From the NCBI GenBank assembly GCA_047967505.1, contig CM106538.1: a DNA stretch of 64,000 bases. One strand, written 5' to 3'. Below, in pieces: positions 1-11,794 of the stretch (the stretch's first letter is position 1; each line of letters starts with the position of its first letter). The DNA comes from Dipteris shenzhenensis. Taxonomy: Eukaryota. A model generated the notes under the pieces. It had not been told where the DNA came from. It made no database searches and saw only the letters and a program-made list of their open reading frames with translations. The translations under genes were made by a program, and so were the position numbers.

Positions 1-200
1 AATAGTGCAAAATAGTAGACAATTGTATGTTATGCAGATGAGGGTTGTTAGATGAGCTCCATAGTCTATATCCATGCTGCTGTGTCTGGATAAAAATTTC
101 TGGCTTTTTTCATAAATGAATGAAATTTGCATAGAATTGAATATGAAAGTCTAAACTAAAGTTGCCAATGACATTGATGAATTCGTAAATCATAATGCAG

Positions 201-279
201 ATATCAGGCAAGGTTGCAGGCAAATCTTATGTACTTGGCCGCCATTGCTGACTCACAGCCTCAACCACCACCTGTCCAG
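201..279 (+). CDS. GIF: GRF-interacting factor (SSXT/SNH domain), penultimate coding exon; upstream exons lie outside the window
   Basis: AG at 199-200; reads (x)YQARLQANLMYLAAIADSQPQPPPVQ, the conserved end of the GIF/SS18 SNH domain; GT donor at 280. Confidence 0.92.
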
Positions 280-403
280 GTTTTCTGCCGGTGTTGTGGT
301 TGCTTGTTTTGACTGTTTATTTTGTCAAACAGTTTAACATTTAGCGCGTAAAACTTTGCAAGTGTATTAATGGTTCAAATCATGTGTCTTTGTCATCTCG
401 CAG

Positions 404-547
404 GTTCCTCAAGCTGCAGTTATGCAGCCTGGACTGCATTATATGGCTCATCAGCAAGCTCAGCAGCAAATGGCACAGCAGTCCCTTATGGCTGCAAGAA
501 ATCCCCTTCAATACACACAACAGTCACTTTCATCACTGCATCACGCT

Positions 548-579
<32 letters not shown>

Positions 580-934
580 GCAACATCAGCATCATCATCA
601 CCATCAGCAGGCCATGTCAGCACAGCATGGAATGAACTCAGGTGGAAACAATAGCCTGACTGGTCTCCCTTCTGAGTCAGGCATGGGAGGAAATAATACC
701 CTTAGTTCTTCAAGTTTCCCAGACTTTGGCCGTGGTGGAAACACGGGAGATGGCTTGCAGGTAAGCAGGGGTTTAGGTGGGGAGATGCGAGGAGGAAATA
801 AGTTGGATGTAGGGTTAGCTGCAGATGCTGCTCATGGTACTTCTGGAGGTGCAAATGGAGGTGGTGGAGCAGGACATACCTCAGATGAGCCAGAGACATC
901 ATATCTGAAGGGCTCGGAAGAAGAGGGGAACTGA
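404..934 (+). CDS. GIF: GRF-interacting factor, last coding exon (Q/H- and G-rich QG domain)
   Basis: AG at 402-403; VPQAAVMQPG... is in frame with ORF 422-934; ends YLKGSEEEGN*, like GIF1/AN3 C-termini. Confidence 0.9.
548..610 (+). repeat. CAG/CAA/CAT trinucleotide run encoding polyQ-polyH in GIF
   Basis: cagcagcagcagcaacagcaacag...catcatcatcaccat seen directly. Confidence 0.9.
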
Positions 935-2339
935 TTAGATCTAGTCATTGCACATTTGTGAACTTCCTTTCTGTCAATCCTAGTATGGTTGAGGTTGAAG
1001 TTTGTGCAGATGCAGGCAACTTTGTTCTTGCTGTGTAGTGCGTTATGCACTCGGACTATAAAACTGGTTCTCTGGAGTGTAGTTTTAAGTACTTTCATGC
1101 TGGAGTGTCCTTGATTTAGATTTGGTGTTGCAGGATGTCTTGAGTTTAGAAAAGACCGCATGTACGTGATTATATTCAAATATGGAGGAATTTTATTGAA
1201 ATGTAGTGCTTGATTTTGACAATACATATCTAAGTTACCCTTGCATGCATTATTGCCTAATTGTACCATTTTCCTACTGCCATGTGACTGAACATTCTTT
1301 TGTCTCTCTTTATACTTTTGCATGCCCTACACGAATCGGTCTACGCGTATCCAAGGCTTCTCTCTTATATAGCGGTTCAATGCCTTCATCATGCCACTCC
1401 TTCAGAATCGATAGATGAAGAACAAGCATATGATGTTGCTTTCAAGGTTTTGTCATGATGTTACTCCTCATTTGATAAAGGGTAAGAATATGTTATTAAC
1501 ACTTTGAATCTGCTTTGTTACGGATCTAGGACATGAAAGAGTTTACACGGACTGGGTTAAAGTAGGAACAGACCCGTTGTAATGTTTAGGCACAGTCATA
1601 GTGTTACCTTGTGTGAGGGAAGTAAAGGTCTTGCTGATTTCTTTGGCAGTACCTTGGTTTTATAATCACACGGAGTTGTGGAGACTAGGCCATCGATTGT
1701 TTTTTCATGTCTAGTGATCCAACCCCATTGTGAAGGCCTCGTTAGATAATGGCAACCGTGTGGCGTGCATGTTTGACCTACCATTGGTGAATGATGGTCC
1801 TTTGAACATGCTTCTAAAATAGGAGAGAACATCATATTCAATATCAGATTAGGAAATGGAATAAAAGCTGATTCACTGGAAAGCATCATAGGGCATGAGA
1901 TGTACTCATGGTTGGACACAACGGCTTTAGATGGCCAAATGAAATCAAGGTTTTCCAATGATTCATGGCTGAAATGCTATAGGAATTTATGGCATGGATG
2001 TGGCTTCCTTATAACTCTATTGGTTTTTGGGTCCAAAGAAAACTGCTTTGATCATGTTTGAAATTCCTCAAGCACAAAGTTGTTGGAATGCTCCAAGGTG
2101 TGTGGTCTTGTGCATTCTCCAATGTATGCGGGATATACTCTCTCAAAGGATGTAACCATGTCTGAAAGAGCAAGAGAGACGTCACCAAAAAATTTAAAAA
2201 CTAAAGAACATCAACCAAGTCAAAACCTATTGTAGGCTCCTTGAAATCCCTCCAAAGGCTCATGAGTTAGGAATGTCGCTGTAGGAAGTGTTAGGAATGT
2301 TGTATAAAGTTCTATCATTACCTTCTCAATAATCTATTT

Positions 2340-2720
2340 GTGATCGCCATGCATTGGTATATCTCATCAACAAAACATTCATGCAATCAACCTAATGCAT
2401 TGGGTATTGCTATTGCAAGATTGATGTTTATAAAATCTTCCATACGTGAGGAAGCACACTTTGAAGAACAAAACAATTGTTGAAATGCTCAAGTATTTGC
2501 AATTGAAATGTATGACACCAAACATGAAAATGTTGATGAACCAAAGGCAAAATTGCATTAAAAGCTTAAAATTTATTATTATTGTAGGTGAACTATACGA
2601 GAAAGTAGGTAGGATTCCAAGCAATTGTGCGCTCATACAAGAAACACTAACAATACTTCAAATGGCCCATAAAGAGTTTTGGATGGGGAGATCAATTATG
2701 CCAGTCGTAAAACTCTACAT
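2340..2720 (+). pseudogene. Highly degenerate Ty3/gypsy pol remnant (RNase H / integrase zinc-finger region)
   Basis: Fragments HWVLLLQD and ETLTILQMAH resemble gypsy 'WVLLLQEF' and 'E...IL...H'; many stops. Confidence 0.4.
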
Positions 2721-3976
2721 TCGAATACGGAGGAGATAGGGTTGGATGGAGGACGGTGACGGTGAGGGTGATGGTGACCTGCGTCCCTCGCAATCTACGC
2801 ACCCTCCACTCTCTCTCAGGCGTGTGTATGGTGCCCTCCTTGCGTCATTCTTGTCTCACTCAACTCACACTTTGCCAAATACGACTCATTGAGAATCCCT
2901 CGTTTTGCATGCAAGATGTTATAGTGGCTGTGCTCCTCATTCCCTCTTTTGGAAGAGACTACTTCGACCCTGACTTCAAAGACCTTGCTGCATTTTCGCC
3001 GCTAGTAGACAACTCGATTGTGCTTTCCCAGATGAATGTCGAAGATGGATACAGAGATGCTCGCGGAGGTAGCAGACTTGGAAGGCCCTCACGTCGTGGT
3101 GCTCTCAACACCGCAGCAGCGTCTTCTAGCCGCCCTAGTCAAGCTTCAGCACCCGGCGCCTCGTACGCGGGCGCTCTTCAACAGAACAGAGGGGGCTTCT
3201 TCTCCATCTCCTTCAGAGAAAAAAAAAAACATTATGGCCACTCCCGGACAAGCGGGCGTACAAGAAAAGCGGAAGGGGACCCAAACCGTAGCTAAAAAGT
3301 CGACGCAAGAGGAAGGCCAACCGACTAGTAAGATCCCAGGCAAAGGTGACGCCTCGCCCCCAATGGAACAGAAGCAAGAGGTAATGGCCAAATTTTCTTT
3401 GTCAAGTTCCCATCACTACATTGATGAAATGGTATCCTAGATCTAAAATTGAACTTCATGGGGCACTAAGCTTTGCAAGCATGTGCATAGAGAAACTTTG
3501 TGGTGCTTCTCATTGAGTTGTCTTGTGATTTGCTTGCCATAGCCACCATTGTACTTATAAATGGCCACAAAAAATCAAGATGCCATGTTTTAGATGGTTG
3601 CAATATGGGTTGGAAAGGCATTTAATTGATGGTAATAGCCTACAAGTGACGTTGTAAGATTAAAAGCATCTTTGAAGAGAAAGAACTATCATGATCCAAG
3701 TTGCATTACCTTCCTTGTATTGACACCCGTGGTAACCAAAGCTCTCTTTTTTTTTTTTTGAAAAATGGGTTGATATTATAAACAGTTCAAGTGATATACA
3801 TTGATGGTTCACCACAAAACCGCATTTCTACGTATCTCAAAACAACTAAGAAGAAAGCGTGAAGTCCATAGTCTCATAGTAAATAGAATCCTTGAAGTGG
3901 CACTCTTAATTAAAGGTTCTGACGATGCTCCAGCTTGTGGTTCTTGATTTCAGCAAAGAACTGCACAAGGTTGTTG

Positions 3977-6900
3977 TCATAAATCTTTCAGGCCTACTAA
4001 CCATTCAACAAAGAGAAATTCTTCATCAATAATCTTATCATTAAATAAAAAATCATTCCTGGCAATCCACATAAACCATAGTGCATGCACTCGTACTAAT
4101 GCCCAACATGAGTGTTTAACTTTAGAAGCATCTCCAAGCAAAATTGCCTTCCAGTTGACAAGCTCTCCTATTTGCATTTGGACTCTCTTCCAGACTTTCC
4201 TCGCTGACGAGCAAGCAACGAAGAGGTGAAATATGTCTTCCCGTGTGTCATGGCATCGCCGGCAATTACCGTCCCCTTTTCCAATTCTGAGGCCTCTTGC
4301 GTTGGTCCATACAATTTTCAGTATCACCAACCACAGCAGCGTCGACATCTTCTCAAGGATTGCCTTGGCCCAAATATAGTGAAATCTCTGCTTCCAATGC
4401 AGTGTCGAGTCAGAGGTGTTCCAACGAGAATTTAACACCAAAATCAACTCGTAAATAGAGTCATACAGAGTAGGAACACGGAGAAGATGGGGAGTGAGGA
4501 TCCTGCTAAATTCTAAAGTATAGTTTAGGACTGAGCCACCCTTCCATTGAGTGTTTCCTTTCCAAAGAGCTATTTTGTTGGTGACAAAGATAGCGTCTTG
4601 GTTCGTCAGTCTAAATTCTCTACAAATTTCAAGAAGGGTTTTCCATCTAATCTGATCCCTATGCCATCGCTGCCCCCAGGATTGAATGCCCTTGTTGGAC
4701 AAGACGCAGGCTCTGGTAAAGTCAGTGTTGCTGAGTAGAGCTTTTCTATGTATCACAGATGCCAAGATAGAATCGAGCTTCATGAAAGAACCTTTGCCAG
4801 AGAAAAGAAGTTGTGTTTTGACAGATTCAAGTGCTCTCCATAGTGACCTCCATAGATCATTGCCTTTAGTGGAACAAGGTTCGGGACAGAAGACCGCAAA
4901 AAGAACTGGATAGTTCTTCCATCGATTTGCCTTAACAGGATGAATGTGTTTGAAGTTACAAGCAAGGAGCCTGGCCCAATCCATTTGCAGGTTCAGAAGG
5001 ACCTTGAGAATCTTAGTCGCTGCTAATTTCGCCGCCGTCTGCTTTATATTGATCACTCCCAGGCCCCTTTCACTCTTTGACCACATGCAGAAATCCCATC
5101 TTACCTTGGATATAGCCTCCCCACAGAAAAGACCTACATTTAGTTATGAGTTTATCAAGTGCCGCTTGACTAGGGTGCCAGTAGGATAGGTAGAAGATGG
5201 TAATAGGGTAGAGGCAATGATTGAGTACCATCCTTCGTCCTGCCAAGTTGGAGTGAAAGCCTCCTCACTTTTCCAGTTTTGAACTAAACCTATTAAGTAC
5301 CCATTCCCATCTCTCTTTTATTGCAACATCAAAGCCCATGGGTATGCCTAACAATCTGAAAATAGTACCTTTTTGAATCAGCTGGCAACCCAACTGCTCC
5401 AACTCATCTTGGGTTTTCCCGCTACTAGTGCAATACCCTGTTTTACTATGGTTAATGAGTCGAGCCAGAGGCTAGATAGTAAATGTTCAAGCATTCCATG
5501 ACTTCACTCAGGTCACGAGTAATGTTCCTAAGCATTAGATTGGTATCATCTTCAAATTGCTGCATCACCATCTGTTTGCCATTGGGCAACTCAATTCCTT
5601 TAAGGGATCCCTCAATAGTCTTTTCAATCAGTATCCAGGCTAAAGAGTCAGCAGCAATAGCATAAACTAGAGAGGCAATGGGACACCCTTGCCTAATTGA
5701 TCTTCTCAGCTGGAAGACATCTCACCATTGATGCAAACCTTAGCCGTGGCATTGGACAGTAGTAACTTGATTGTGACACAATAAAATTTGGTCCCAGAGC
5801 CATGGCTGACAAGGATTGCAGAAAAAAGGTCCAGTCAAGCCTATCATATGCTTATCAAATTCAATTTTGATGAAGTGGAAATCTTTCTTAGATTCTCTGG
5901 TGTGCTCATATCCTTCCCAGACATTGACAATAGCCTCTAGGAGGTGTCTTCCTTTTATGAATCCCTTTTGCTCTTGTAGGATCCATCTGTCCATCTTGTT
6001 CTAAATCCTTATTGCTAAAGCCTTGGCAAAGATTTTGTAGCTACAATAAAGCATCGTCAGAGGTCTCCAATTCTTTATAAGATCTTTTCTTCCGTCTTTT
6101 GGGATAAGTTTAACTATCCCATTGTTTAAGTGTTCAGGGAGAGAGCAGGTGGATATACTTTCCTACTAAACTTCAAGTAGTTTGGGGCCTATCCAGTCCC
6201 AAAAGACCTTGTAGAATTCTACAGGTAAGCTATCCTCTCTAGGAGTTTTGTCATCTTTCATTGATACCATTCTTCCTTGAGTTCTCCAAGGTTAGAGGCG
6301 CTTCCAAGCTCTGATGATCGAGACTAGTGAGAACCTTCTGTCTTGAGGCCTTGCATCTAGCTCTTGCTTGCATAACTCCATCATCTACCTGCGTTGTTTG
6401 TGAGAGAATATTCTTAAAGTGATCAACAATGTACTCTCTGTTCTCGGTGTCCGATTGAGCCCAAACATTTTTTCTGATTTCTAGGAGTGGGATTTCCTTT
6501 GCCAATCTCTTCCTACGTATAATCTTAAAGGTCTCCTTTGTTAGCCTATCTAGCTTGCCAACCCAGCACCTTCTGGTGTATAGCTTAGCAGAAGAGTACC
6601 TTAAGCTTTCAAGTCTAGCTAGATCATTATTTGCGAGACAGAGTTCCTCCTGCGCTTGAGTGTCACAATTACGAGCTTGGGCTTCAAGAGGGTCAAACCT
6701 TTTCTGGACATTGAGAATCCTTTGACGTCGGACTTTATATCTGATCTTTCTCGCCTGCTTAAACACTTCCTATGTTTTGATGATATTCCTCATCCAAAAG
6801 TCAGCAGACTCATCAATGAGTCTGGGACAGTTCCACAGCTCCTTCACTTTGTTTTGAGCAGTTCCCAGTTGGAAGAGTGAGGGATCCACCTTAAACGAGG

Positions 6901-7648
6901 ATGGAGCCCTTTTTCCTGACCCAAAATCACACTAAAGGAGAAGTGGTTTGTGATAAAAAAATGCAAAGGTGGAAAATATTGTGCATTTCATATTAGAAGT
7001 GTCTTGGAGGAGCCCCTGGGAGAGATAAACTATGTCTAAGCAAGCCTCTCTTCTTGAGTCCCCAATCTGCCGGTTGGACCATGTGAATTCGCCTGATCCA
7101 CAATTGTCCACCAAGTGGAGAGGATCCTTGAGATCACTCCAAGAGCACAATTCATATCCTCTTAAAGTGTTCCCTTTTCCCAACCATCTGTCATTGCTTG
7201 ATTCGACCATATTGAAGTCTCCTAAGAGCACAACATTCCCTCCAAAGTTGGAAAGAGATTGCCAAGTGGTGCACCTCTCACGACAGCTAGTAGGAGCATA
7301 AACCGAAACTAACGAGAAGGAAATACGCTTGAGTAGGAACTTCAAAAGAATCCACCGATTGTCAGTGTCAACGATCACATCTAGAACACTCTGAGAGTAG
7401 TGTGACAAAATTCCGATTGCACACCCTCCTCTGCCATCCTCATGTGTTGTGTAAAACCAAGTTCTCCTCTTGTCCACACTCTTGAGTCGAGCCTCAAGAG
7501 CTTGACCTGTGGTTTTAATTTCTCGTAGAGCCAAAAAAGTTGACGAGATCGAGTTATCTCCCAACCAAGTAACCAGCATACCTGCCCTACTGGGGTCTGT
7601 CAGACCTCAAACATTCAATGTTAGAAAGGAAATGGGTTTACTTCCCAT
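3977..7648 (-). pseudogene. LINE ORF2 (APE endonuclease - RT - zf-RVT) with stops and frameshifts
   Basis: MGSKPISFLTLNV*GL start; SVYAP, LGDFN, FTWSN; QKGFIKGR, RQGCP, QFEDD; CRRC..EDIFHLFVAC; WIARN. Confidence 0.9.
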
Positions 7649-7655
7649 TCTTCTT

Positions 7656-8345
7656 CTATCCCTTTTTTGGCCTTGGGGTTTGGGCTACTTGCATGAGCTG
7701 CGGGACAATCTTCTCTTGCTATGAGCTGTAATAATAGGTTTGCCCTTCACTACTATATCTTTATTTGGCTAAGCAGGAAGAGGGAGATCTTCTTCAGAGT
7801 CATCTAAGTCCTCCGTGAGCATATCATCACTCTTTAGTACTTCATCTTCAAACTCCTTGTCCCAAACATCACCATGTTCTATGTTAGGAATGATCTGAGG
7901 ACTAGGTTCAGGCACAGGTTCAACCAACGCTTCGAAAGCATTTTTCATTTGAATGTCAAGCGCAGCACTAGCTTTAGGTACCGAAGAGACTGCCGGTTTT
8001 GATTTAATCGGGCTGGCTGGGCGAGAAACAGTTTCTGCTTGCTTGGGAATCTCAGGCTGTTTGGGTGTCCATTTTTCATTTGGACCTTTGGGCTGATCAG
8101 AGTTGTTCTTGGGCTTGATTGATTTTAGCGGGCAGCTCTTAACTGTGTGGTCGAGTAGACCACACAGAAAACACGAGTAAGGGAGGTTCTTATAAAGAAC
8201 CTTTTGTTCTCTTAGTATTCCTCCTCTCCGGTTAAGAATTACTATTGTATCAGGCAGTTCCTCTGCTACATCAAGTTGCACACAGACCTGGGGATTCCCT
8301 CTAGGATTGAGGAATTGTTCCCTTTCTACACTAACCACCTCTCCC
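7656..8345 (-). pseudogene. LINE ORF1 C-terminal fragment with CX2CX4HX4C knuckle
   Basis: ORF 7769-8338 contains YKNLPYSCFLCGLLDHTVKSC and lies just upstream of ORF2. Confidence 0.8.
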
Positions 8346-8892
8346 CATTTATAAGTACAATGGTGGTTATGGCAAGAAAATCACATGACAACTCAATAAT
8401 GAGAAGCAAAGAGGTCCCAAATACTCTAGAGCAAAGGTAATACAACTCCAAGCTTGTTAATGGTGTGGAGTAAGCCTTATTCAAATTCAAATTTAAAAAG
8501 CTGCACAGCAGCAGAAGGGGTTACACACAAAGATCTGGAGAAGGTTCCATGGTTAGGCAATGAAAAAAGGCAATGGAATGACTTAGAGCAAATAAGGTGA
8601 ACCAAGAAAAATTGTGATTATCAATATAAAGAATCACATCCGAAATGCTTGTAAGAGGAAACCATCGTAGTGGGGCTCCTCCTTTGTAGATAGAGTACAA
8701 AAGGCACTTTTGAAAAAGAGTTTCGTTTTGTACTCTATTTGGGAGAGTGAAGGCACATGGGACAAGGGTTGGAACACCAACAATAGGGGAATAATTGTGA
8801 GGAGTTACCAAGGAAGAAAGGTAAAGGATTTAGAGTAGTAGAGAGTCAAAACTGGATCAAAAAGATTTTGTGAAGGAAATGGGAAAGGCAAA

Positions 8893-9068
8893 CACAACAT
8901 GGTGAAAGCCCCAAAACAAAGAAGAGCTTGCTCATAATGATCAAATTCATTAACATCATTAGCTTCCATTATGATTATCGAAGCACAACAATGGTGAAAG
9001 CCCAACAACAATGAAAAGCTTTCTTGTAAAGATCAAATTCGTTAACACCATTAGTTCCATGATGATGA
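8893..9068. repeat. Diverged two-copy tandem repeat (~95 bp)
   Basis: caa(c)atggtgaaagccc...gatcaaattc.ttaaca.cattag.ttccat.atgat occurs twice. Confidence 0.6.
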
Positions 9069-10184
9069 TGGTTCCCCCCCACTTGTGGTTGAGAAAAAGG
9101 ATTTAAACAAAGACTATATTTGAAAGTAGTAGGGCAAGATGCTTCATGTGATAAAAAAAGGCATTTGTTGAAGAGTGGGTCCCCAAGAACGTCCACAAAT
9201 GTGAAAAGCAAAATGGGTCAGTGAAGCATGACATTGAGCAAAGAAGTTGCCAAAGAAGAGCACATTTCCCATTTGATAATTGGAAACGAGAAATTTGGTC
9301 TCAACCAAGTCAAAGAAGAGATCAAGAAAAATCAAAGAGTTAGAGGCAACCATTGTAAAAGAAAACATGATGGAACATGGAGAAACAATTGCTCGATGGG
9401 AAGGTGAAAATGAATTTTCATGTTGTGATTTGAAAGAGCAAGCAATTGGATGTGCAAAAAAGAATTCAACAAGGAGGGTGATTGTTTAACAACATTAGCG
9501 AAGTGTGAGATGGCTACTTCCTTTGGTTGGAGAGCTCCTATGTGTAGTGAGCAAACCACAAGAGCATAAGAAGGAGAAGCTTCTCCCTAAGAAAAAAAAG
9601 GATCTAGATTTGGCAAGGATAGGGTGGCTTAAGAAGGGTGTTGACCCTCACGTTTATGAACATACATATCACCCTTTAAGGAAAAGCACTTTGTGCTTAC
9701 TTGGCACCAACAACAATGATAGATGAAAGTGATTTTTAGGAAGGAGGCGATAGAGACAATGAAATGGTTGTGTATGATGAAATGGGCAAGCATGTATATC
9801 TCAATTCCTTCCCCAACACCTGCATTCATTTTGATAACCACCATCAACAACATAAGTGCCATTAGGTGCACTTTTATAGAAATCATAGGCATTGTGTTAA
9901 TGCTATTATGAGGGGGTTCAATGAGCAGTGAATACATTGGTTTATTTGTTGCAAAGCAAGTAAAAATAAGAATATTGCTCCCAAGAAAGCATGGAAAGGT
10001 AAAAAGCCAATCAAATTCACCAATGATGAACATAATGAGTGAGTATCCATACTCAAGTTGAAGTCATAAGAACATATGAAATAAAAGAAGTATTTGATCA
10101 GTAATGTATCAGTAACGGGAGCTTAGAAGATATCCAAAATGGGTAAAAATACAATGGATTCTTCTAGATTACTCATGAAGGAAT

Positions 10185-10353
10185 TGTGGGGTTAAAGGTC
10201 ACTGTGCCTTAACCCCAGTTATGTACAATACTCAAACACATATATAAATGAATGAAAAAGAAGATTAGGGTGGTTCTGCACCCACCAAACTTGTCTGGCT
10301 CTCTGTCTCTCTCTCTCCTTCTTCCGTTCTTGCTTCCGTTGAGAGCACTCTCA
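10185..10353 (+). repeat. 5' LTR of copia A
   Basis: Direct repeat of 21863-22031. Confidence 0.95.
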
Positions 10354-10355
10354 AC

Positions 10356-10368
10356 TGGTATCAGAGCC
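10356..10368 (+). promoter_or_regulatory. Primer binding site (tRNA-iMet) of copia A
   Basis: TGGTATCAGAGCC 2 nt after the 5' LTR. Confidence 0.95.
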
Positions 10369-11794
10369 CGGGTGATCTAGCTGAGCGTGCGTGAATGCTT
10401 GGAAGCTCAGCAGCTCTGTGGGAGGAAGGAGAAGCTCTGTGGGAAGCTTTGTGGGTGACTTTACTTGCATCCGAGTGTGCAGAGACCTTGGAAGAACCTT
10501 TGGAAAAGTCACTTTGGCTTTACGAAGTGGTTTTGAGAGCCTGTTAAGAGCTTTCAAAGAAAAAGTCGTTTTTTGAGCTTTTCCCTGTTCCGTTCGATGA
10601 CAGAGACTCCGTATTGACTTGTAGAGGCAACTATTGCTTGCTTTTGGTGTCCACATTACTTCAGGAGCCTGGAAACACCTTTATTTTTGAATCTGGGATC
10701 ATTTCAGTGGATTTCTGACTCACTGTGTCAGTTTCTGCGTTTTTTGCCCGGGTGTTGGAACTCAAGTTTGGAGCAACCATTTGCAGATCTGTCAGTTCCG
10801 GTGGACTCAAGAGGTCCTAAAACTTCTATGTTGCTCATCATTCGCACTCCGATGGAGTTTACAAACAGCTCTGTTTCAAAAAACGTTTTTCAGTCCGTGT
10901 GTTGGACCCAGTGATTGAGACCACGGTTTCCAAAACCGTCTGTCCCATTGCGTTTCGGACGCCCAAAAACCCCTATCTATCAGTTCTTGCTTGATTCGGT
11001 GGAAGATTTTCAGAGTTATAAATCTCTGTGTATTCGATTTCGTCTCTCTGTTATGCATTTTTCATACTAAGGTTTTGAAACCTTAGATTTATGCCACATG
11101 GCAGTGGATAAGTGTTGACTCCCATTTCTCACTCATCGGTTGGGATTTTGGAGTTCTGGCAGAAGAGAGATATTTGCAGATTTTCTTGCTGAGTCCGATT
11201 ATGCAATGGCGCCCATGTTTTGAAGCATCTCAGGTTCTATTTTCAGTAGCGCTCATTACCGTGGGACTATGATTTCTTGAGCATATCTTATGCAGATCAC
11301 TCTGGTTGCAGTTTGAGCAGTGTGTGCGCTCATTTGTGATATGCATTGGGTTGCAATGGATGATTTATAGGCCATTTGGATGCATTGCGGTCCTTATTGG
11401 ATGTGCTGATAGGCCCAAATTGCCTTGTGGGATGCTATTTTTTATGGACGCTTTGCACATGGATGCTATTTTATGTTGAGGGACAGCTTTGAAACATTGC
11501 AGGTGATGCACTGATAGTGCTATGCTCTCTTGGATGAGACATTATTGATGCATATGCCAGTGGACAGTGTTTATGCTTGAGTCATTTGGCACTTATTGGC
11601 ATTTTCTTTTGGGCCAGATTTGCTCATATGGATGCATAGTATATGCACATGAGTCAGATGCATCTTTTGATGCTTTGAGCTTTGAGTTTTGGTGATATTT
11701 CACACTATTGTGGCATACACATTTGGGTGCACCTGGTATTTGGTGTGATTCTCTCTTGAGGCACTAGCATTTGAGATTTTGCTTTATTTGCATC

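Larger units (their letters stand above)
3747..8345 (-). mobile_element. L1-clade LINE retrotransposon, 5'-truncated and degenerate
   Basis: 13-nt T run at 3747-3759 (polyA tail on minus); ORF2 with APE endonuclease, RT and zf-RVT remnants; ORF1 C-terminal part with zinc knuckle; no TSD found. Confidence 0.92.

Noticed and set aside
832-1323. 163-aa minus-strand ORF
   Set aside because: Antisense to the GIF last exon and 3' UTR; no recognisable domain.
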